Positions 26,616 to 32,000 of a stretch of DNA of 32,000 nt are shown here, piece by piece; within the stretch, counting starts at the first letter, position 1; every line of letters begins with the position of its first letter. The stretch spans positions 38,551 to 70,550 of the forward strand of contig JAQVTI010000003.1 of the NCBI GenBank assembly GCA_028700115.1, read 5' to 3'. A program made the position numbers and the translations under genes. This DNA is from Candidatus Iainarchaeum sp. GTDB lineage: Archaea > Iainarchaeota > Iainarchaeia > Iainarchaeales > CSSED10-239. A model generated the notes under the pieces. The model saw only the letters and a list, made by a program, of their open reading frames with translations. It was not told where the DNA came from and did not search any database.

Positions 26616-27325
26616 ATAGGTATTTATTAAATAATAATTTACTTGATACTAGGTCTCAAGCAATTTATTTTATAAAAAGTAATAAAATTAGTGTTAATGA
26701 TATCATAGTTAATAAACCCTCTTATTTAATAAAATTAGATGATAAAGTTAAAATTATTCCCAAATTTATATATGTTAGTAAAGGTGGATATAAATTAGAA
26801 TCTTTTTTAAATAAAATTTCTTATTCAGTTAATAATAAATCTATATTAGATATTGGTTGTTCTACTGGGGGTTTTACAAATTATTTTTTATTACATGGTG
26901 CATCTTGTGTTACTTCAGTAGATATTGCACATGATATTTTATCAGAAAAATTATTTAAATATTCTAATTTAATATATTTTGATAATTTTGATATTTTAAA
27001 TAAAGATAATCTTAAAGTTTTTAAAAATAAATTTGATGTAATTTCTATAGATCTTAGTGATGTTTCTATAACTAAAGTTTTTTTATTTTTAGACAAAATT
27101 TTAAAGAAAAAAGGGGCTATTATCGCTTTATTTAAACCTCATTATGAAGGATTTAAAGGTGTTGTTTCAAAAGAAAATAAAATAAAATTGTCTAATAAAT
27201 TTGAATCTTGGATTAAAGCAAATACTTCCTTTAAAATAATTCATAAAGTAAATTCTTCAGAAAGAGGGGGTTATAATTTAAAAGGAAATAGAGAAATTTT
27301 TTATTTATTAAAATTTAATAAATAG
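26606..27325 (+). CDS. tlyA: TlyA-like rRNA 2'-O-methyltransferase (S4 domain plus FtsJ-type SAM methyltransferase)
   Basis: 239 aa. S4-like MRLDRYLLNNNLLDTRSQAIYFIKSNKISVNDIIVNKPSYLI and SAM-binding LDIGCSTGGFTNYFLLHGASCVTSVDIA. It overlaps the rSAM gene by 10 nt. Confidence 0.85.
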   Translation: MRLDRYLLNNNLLDTRSQAIYFIKSNKISVNDIIVNKPSYLIKLDDKVKIIPKFIYVSKGGYKLESFLNKISYSVNNKSILDIGCSTGGFTNYFLLHGASCVTSVDIAHDILSEKLFKYSNLIYFDNFDILNKDNLKVFKNKFDVISIDLSDVSITKVFLFLDKILKKKGAIIALFKPHYEGFKGVVSKENKIKLSNKFESWIKANTSFKIIHKVNSSERGGYNLKGNREIFYLLKFNK

Positions 27326-27379
27326 TAAATTATTCTTTTTTACTTTCTTTTTTAAATGTTTTATTGTATTTTATAATAT

Positions 27380-28459
27380 ATGGATATTATAAATTTAGAT
27401 AAATTAAATCTTTTTAAAAAATATATCTCTTCAATTAAAAAAGAAGATAATCTTGCAATTATTTATGATACAGATATGGATGGAATTACTTCTGCAGTAA
27501 TTACTTCTAAAGCTTTAGATAAATTAAATATAAAATATTTCCAAAGACCAAGAAATCCAAAAAATAGAACTTTAGATAAATCTATTCAATTTTTTTTAAA
27601 AGAAAATAAAATAAACAAAATTATTTTTTTAGATTTATCTGCAGAAAGTTTTCAAGATTCACATTTATTAAACAACTATGATGTTTTAGTAATAGATCAT
27701 CATCCAATTTTAGAAAATTATAATATTAATTTTAAAATAATTAAATCCTTTCAATTACAAGATAAACTAGAAGGTTATAACTATTGTACAGCACATATGG
27801 TTTTTGATTTGTTTTCTTCAATTTTAGATTTAGAAGATTTAGATTGGGTTTTAGCTTGTGGGATTATAGGAGATGTAACTTATGATTCACATATTGATTT
27901 ATTAAAATCTATTTTTAAAAAATATAATTTAACTTATAATATAAATCCTTATTTTTCAGATTTAGGACAAGTTATAGAATATTCTAATTATGCTTTAACT
28001 CTTGGAACTTTAGAAGAAGTTAATAAAATTTATTCTTTTTTTTATAATTCTAATAATTATAAACAAGTTTATGAAAAATTAGATTATGTTTTACCTATTA
28101 AAAAAGAATTTGAAAAATTTATTTCTAATTTTGAAAAAAATAAAGAAGTTATTGGAGATATTGTTTTTTATGAAATTAAATCAAAATATAATCTTCATTC
28201 TTTAGTAAGTACATATATTTCTTTAAATTTATATTTTGGGATATTAATTTGTATAGATATTAAACAAAATAGATGTTTTATAAGTGCAAGATGTCAAAAA
28301 TCTAAATTTGATTTAGGAAAAATGTTAAAAGAATGCACTTCTAATTTAGAAAATGCTTTTGGAGGGGGACATCCAGTTGCAGCAGGGGCTTCTATTAATA
28401 TAAATGATTTGTCTAAATTTAAAGAAAATGTTCTGAATTGGATAAATTCTAATTATTAG
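27380..28459 (+). CDS. DHH/DHHA1 family phosphoesterase (RecJ/NrnA-like)
   Basis: 359 aa. Motifs IIYDTDMDGITSA, VLVIDHHP and the DHHA1 motif GGGHPVAAGA. Confidence 0.85.
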   Translation: MDIINLDKLNLFKKYISSIKKEDNLAIIYDTDMDGITSAVITSKALDKLNIKYFQRPRNPKNRTLDKSIQFFLKENKINKIIFLDLSAESFQDSHLLNNYDVLVIDHHPILENYNINFKIIKSFQLQDKLEGYNYCTAHMVFDLFSSILDLEDLDWVLACGIIGDVTYDSHIDLLKSIFKKYNLTYNINPYFSDLGQVIEYSNYALTLGTLEEVNKIYSFFYNSNNYKQVYEKLDYVLPIKKEFEKFISNFEKNKEVIGDIVFYEIKSKYNLHSLVSTYISLNLYFGILICIDIKQNRCFISARCQKSKFDLGKMLKECTSNLENAFGGGHPVAAGASININDLSKFKENVLNWINSNY

Positions 28460-28479
28460 ATTTTTTTTATTTTTTTATG

Positions 28480-28507
28480 AAAAACATTTATGTTTATAAA
28501 TGTTTTT
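28480..28507. terminator. Hairpin between DHH gene and adhesin gene
   Basis: aaaaacattta (28480-28490), loop tgttta, taaatgttttt (28497-28507): a perfect 11-bp stem flanked by T-runs on both sides. It is A/T-rich, so predicted stability is modest. Confidence 0.4.
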
Positions 28508-28569
28508 ATGTTTTATTTTAGTATATATTATATTTATAATTATAATAAATTATTAATATAAATTTATTT

Positions 28570-28575
28570 GGTGAT
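28570..28575 (+). promoter_or_regulatory. Shine-Dalgarno-like GGTGAT, 5 nt upstream of TTG start of the adhesin gene
   Basis: GGTGATatgttTTG, the same geometry as at 10767-10780. Confidence 0.55.
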
Positions 28576-28580
28576 ATGTT

Positions 28581-30779
28581 TTGAAAAAGAAAATTAAACT
28601 TAAAGGTCAAGTCTCAATTGAGGTTTTAGCTATTTTAGGAGTTTTAATAATTGGTGCTGTTTTATTAGGTGTTTTTTATTTAAACACAATTTATGATAAA
28701 ATGGACGAAGGAACTGATATTGGTTCTTTAACAGATGGTTTTGATTTTGGTTTTGATGACGAACCAGGAACTCCTGGTGGACCAGTTGTTCCAACTTGTG
28801 ATAATGACGGTGTAAGAGAAACTGGTGAAGAGTGTGATGGATCTGATTTTGGTAGTGTGACTTGTTCTTCTTTTGCAGGATATATTGGAGATGAAGCAAA
28901 CTTAATTTGTAATGATTGTGAAATTGATTTTTCTTCTTGTGAAGTTGACCCAGAAGACCCACCAGTTTGTGGGGATAATCTAATTAACCAAGCTTCTGAA
29001 GTTTGTGATGATTCTGATTTTGATGGAAAAACATGTGAGGATTATACACCTTCAGGTTATTATTTTGTTTCAGGAAGTCTAGAATGTAGAGATAATTGTA
29101 CAACAATAGATACTTCAAATTGTAAATTTGAAGAAATTGTTACAGAAAACTGTGGAAACGGTATTTTAGATTCTGGTGAAGAATGTGATTATAATGGTCA
29201 AGTTTTTAGTTTTGAACCAGTAAATTGTCAAGCTTATGGTTTATTAGAACCAATTAGTTTTGTTGGATCATCTACAGCTGTAACTTGTACTACTGAATGT
29301 AGAGTTGATACTAGTAGTTGTCTAGATCCAGAAGTTCCAGGAACATGTGATCAATTTAATTTAGAACAATGTATTTTAGAACCAGAAGTTTGTAAAGAAT
29401 GTAGTAATGAAATCACAGGAACTATTTTTAATACAAGTGATGTAAATTGTGCAATTGCTGGTTGTTGTGGAGATAGAGATTGTACTATTTCAAAAACACT
29501 TTCTACATTTCCATATGTAGGAAATTATTTGTATGAAATCCCACAAGGTTCATTATCTATTTTAAATGGATATGGAGAAAGTATAACTTTTGGAAGTAAT
29601 ACATTTAAAATAAATCCAGAAGTTATGCATGAATGTGAAGATGATTGTGATACTCTTTGTAGTTTTAATCACTCTAGTGGAGTTACAACTGAAATTTTAG
29701 CAGGTGAACTTGTTGAAGTTTGTCAAGAATGTTATTATAATAATAGTTCTGTTGATTGTTGTGGAAATGGGATTTGTAGTTCTAGTGAGACTTCTTTAAG
29801 TTGTCCAATAGACTGTAATACATTTAATCCTCAATTTACAATAAATTCAACACCTTCTAGTTTAGAAAGTTATGTAAGTGGTGGATTTAATGTTGATGTT
29901 TCTGCATTTAACTTTGATGATACTGCAATGTATTTTGGTTTGAAGTTGCATGTTTATGATACATCTACAAATGAACTTTCAAACAACTGTTCATATGATG
30001 GAACTTATAGTAGTGTTTTAGATTTAGGTAGTTATAGTAAGAATGATCCAAATCATTCATTTACATTTGTTTGTAACACTATTGGGGATTATGAATTTAA
30101 GTTTGTAGGTTCAGAATATATTTTAGATCCAAACACTGGTGGAACTCAAACAAACATGCCAATTGCATTTGCTGAAGACCATTCTGATGTAAGTATAATT
30201 TCTGCCGGTTCTCCTCAAATATTAAATTTATATTCTTCTGTTAATTCTGTGACTACTCAATCAGATGTTGAATTTGATATAACTTTACAAAGTAGAAATG
30301 AAGCTTCTCAAGTAACTTTAAATGTTGTTGATAATTATAATTTTGTTTTAAATGATTGTACATATAATAGCATTCCAATTACAGAAGATTATTTACTTTC
30401 AAACTTCAATCAAGATGAAACAAAGACATTTACTTTCAAATGTTCTGATGAAATTATGCATAAATTTAATTTTTATGGAGTAACTATAGAAGAACCAATC
30501 CAAGATTCAAGTGAATCTGTACAAGTAAATGTAGTTAATGAAGAAATACAAGAAGGTATTAATCCTTATGCTTTATGTAGTCCAGTTGTTTCAAGTGTAT
30601 CTGGAGATCAAACTCTAAGAATTTGTGTAAATGATCTTTTTGCAACATCTACATCTGGAGGTAATACTCTTACAATATATGTAAATAATCCTACATATTC
30701 AGAAAGAGAAGATACTACTCCAAATTGTACTACTTTAAATGGAAATACACTTTGTATATATCCAGGAAAATTAAATTAA
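28581..30779 (+). CDS. Large modular cysteine-rich surface protein with pilin-type class III signal peptide (modular pilin / adhesin candidate)
   Basis: 732 aa. Leader (L)KKKIKLKG|QVSIEVLAILGVLIIGAVLLGVF. Three six-Cys repeats follow (aa 73-120, 130-181, 191-247), e.g. CGNGILDSGEECDYNG. Further Cys-rich segments include CCGNGICSSSETSLSCPIDC. Two ~90-aa repeats each carry a Cys pair 28 residues apart. I counted 44 Cys in total. Confidence 0.8.
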   Translation: MKKKIKLKGQVSIEVLAILGVLIIGAVLLGVFYLNTIYDKMDEGTDIGSLTDGFDFGFDDEPGTPGGPVVPTCDNDGVRETGEECDGSDFGSVTCSSFAGYIGDEANLICNDCEIDFSSCEVDPEDPPVCGDNLINQASEVCDDSDFDGKTCEDYTPSGYYFVSGSLECRDNCTTIDTSNCKFEEIVTENCGNGILDSGEECDYNGQVFSFEPVNCQAYGLLEPISFVGSSTAVTCTTECRVDTSSCLDPEVPGTCDQFNLEQCILEPEVCKECSNEITGTIFNTSDVNCAIAGCCGDRDCTISKTLSTFPYVGNYLYEIPQGSLSILNGYGESITFGSNTFKINPEVMHECEDDCDTLCSFNHSSGVTTEILAGELVEVCQECYYNNSSVDCCGNGICSSSETSLSCPIDCNTFNPQFTINSTPSSLESYVSGGFNVDVSAFNFDDTAMYFGLKLHVYDTSTNELSNNCSYDGTYSSVLDLGSYSKNDPNHSFTFVCNTIGDYEFKFVGSEYILDPNTGGTQTNMPIAFAEDHSDVSIISAGSPQILNLYSSVNSVTTQSDVEFDITLQSRNEASQVTLNVVDNYNFVLNDCTYNSIPITEDYLLSNFNQDETKTFTFKCSDEIMHKFNFYGVTIEEPIQDSSESVQVNVVNEEIQEGINPYALCSPVVSSVSGDQTLRICVNDLFATSTSGGNTLTIYVNNPTYSEREDTTPNCTTLNGNTLCIYPGKLN

Positions 30780-30857
30780 ATTTTCCTTTTTTTTCTTTAT
30801 TTTAACTTTTTTTAGTTATATAGTAAAGTTTATAAACAATTTTTGTCTTATATATTT

Positions 30858-32000
30858 ATGAATAAGAATATAATATATATTATATTTATCATTTGTTTTT
30901 TATTTTCATTTAGCTATGTTTATGCTTATTCTTCAACAAATGTTTTAAACTACGTTTCTCAAACTAAATCTTCTCAAAATATAAATCCAAATATAACAAT
31001 TAGTTCAAATAATAATATTTCAAATATTTCTCAAATTAATCCAAATTTTGATTTAAATCAAAATGATTGTGGTGGTATTTCTTTTGGAGATGTTTATTAT
31101 CCTCCTGGTATTTGTAGTAAAGCAGATGTAAAAGAATATATAAAAAACATAACTTCAATCTCACCAAAAGACAATTTTACTTCTGTAGAAAATATCTGGG
31201 GAACTTGTCCTACAGAAGGAGATTTTACAATTCCAGTTTTTATGGTTGAGTTTTCAGATCAACCACATAAAGCAGACATTACTTTTGAAGATATAAATGC
31301 TGCTTATAATGATCCAAATTATCTTGATGAAAATGGAATTAGTGTTTCTGATTATTACTTACACCAATCTTATGGTGCATTAAATCTTTCATTTGATGTT
31401 TATGAAGATTGGTATGAACTTCCAGAAACTTTTGAATATTATAAAACAAATAATTCAACACAATTTCAAATGTTTATGGATTTTTTAGATCTTGTTGACT
31501 CAGAAGTAGACTTTAGTCAATATGATGCAGATGGTGATGGAAGAATGGAAGGTCTTATATTAATAAGATCTGGAGAAGTTAGTTCTCAATTTAAAAATCA
31601 TACTAGAATTATGAATGGTTCTAGTTATAATAGAGATGATACTTTTTTAGGAAATATGTATGTTGTTGCTTCTGAATTTGATGAAGGTATTTGTAATATG
31701 TATCAACAAGAATTTGGTTTTCCTGAAGATTGTAGAATGGATGTTCAAGTTTTAATTCATGAATTTGGTCATATTTTAGGAGTTCCTGATTTATATGAGG
31801 CTCATAATAGTCATGCATTAGGTCCTGGATTAGATGAATTAACAGTTATGGCTGCTGATCAAACAAATCCAAATTTCCCTCCTAATTTTGATGTTTGGTC
31901 AAAGACTTTTTTTGGTTGGATTAATCCAACCATTATCGGTTCACAAGATGCTGGTTTTTATAATCTGCCAACTTTAGATGATACTCCTATTGCTTATGTT
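30858..32000 (+). CDS. Secreted M6-like (immune inhibitor A-type) zinc metalloprotease, 3'-truncated at window edge
   Basis: Not in the ORF track because there is no stop in the window; I translated 381 codons without a stop. Sec-type leader MNKNIIYIIFIICFLFSFSYVYA. Further markers: FTIPVFMVEFSDQP, DADGDGRMEGLILI, and the zinc site VLIHEFGHILGVPDLYE. Confidence 0.75.
   Translation, partial: MNKNIIYIIFIICFLFSFSYVYAYSSTNVLNYVSQTKSSQNINPNITISSNNNISNISQINPNFDLNQNDCGGISFGDVYYPPGICSKADVKEYIKNITSISPKDNFTSVENIWGTCPTEGDFTIPVFMVEFSDQPHKADITFEDINAAYNDPNYLDENGISVSDYYLHQSYGALNLSFDVYEDWYELPETFEYYKTNNSTQFQMFMDFLDLVDSEVDFSQYDADGDGRMEGLILIRSGEVSSQFKNHTRIMNGSSYNRDDTFLGNMYVVASEFDEGICNMYQQEFGFPEDCRMDVQVLIHEFGHILGVPDLYEAHNSHALGPGLDELTVMAADQTNPNFPPNFDVWSKTFFGWINPTIIGSQDAGFYNLPTLDDTPIAYV

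Noticed and set aside
26881-27096. 71-aa minus-strand ORF inside tlyA
   Set aside because: It is antisense to a CDS with clear S4 and SAM-binding motifs, and has no features of its own.
28630-28962. 110-aa minus-strand ORF (H/Q/L/K-rich) at the 5' end of the adhesin gene
   Set aside because: It is antisense to the region encoding the pilin leader and the first Cys repeat, and its product is low complexity. The same reasoning applies to 31621-31818(-) inside the M6-like protease gene.

Overview
This is a very AT-rich, gene-dense prokaryotic window with short gaps and several 4-17 nt gene overlaps. The informational genes are archaeal: RFC small subunit, CDC48, an archaeal-type MiaB-like methylthiotransferase, Lrp/AsnC, and many class III (prepilin-type) signal peptides. 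By inference this fits a small-genome, possibly DPANN-like archaeon. Layout: nt 1-1469 (+) holds small Cys-rich and polytopic membrane proteins. Nt 1485-9681 (-) holds CDC48, an HExxH protein overlapping a type IA topoisomerase, Lrp, membrane proteins and the methylthiotransferase. Nt 9795-32000 is entirely on the + strand. It starts with RFC small subunit, followed 2 nt later by a complete Epd/Tad-like type IV pilus cluster: an ATPase, a platform split into two genes, two Flp-sized and four larger Q+1 class III signal peptide proteins, a prepilin peptidase, three membrane proteins and a JAMM protein. After that come grpE-dnaK-dnaJ, a radical SAM/SPASM enzyme preceded by an untracked 31-codon Cys-containing ORF, a TlyA-like methyltransferase and a DHH phosphoesterase. 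The window ends with a 732-aa modular cysteine-rich surface protein carrying the same pilin-type leader, and a 3'-truncated secreted M6-like metalloprotease. I recognised no rRNA, tRNA, CRISPR array, transposase or integrase. The best candidates for something new are: (1) the pilus cluster with its unassigned accessory genes, together with the remote giant 'modular pilin' adhesin and protease pair; (2) the small ORF plus rSAM/SPASM pair; (3) the topoisomerase-HExxH-CDC48 arrangement. All functional calls rest on motifs read by eye; no searches were run.
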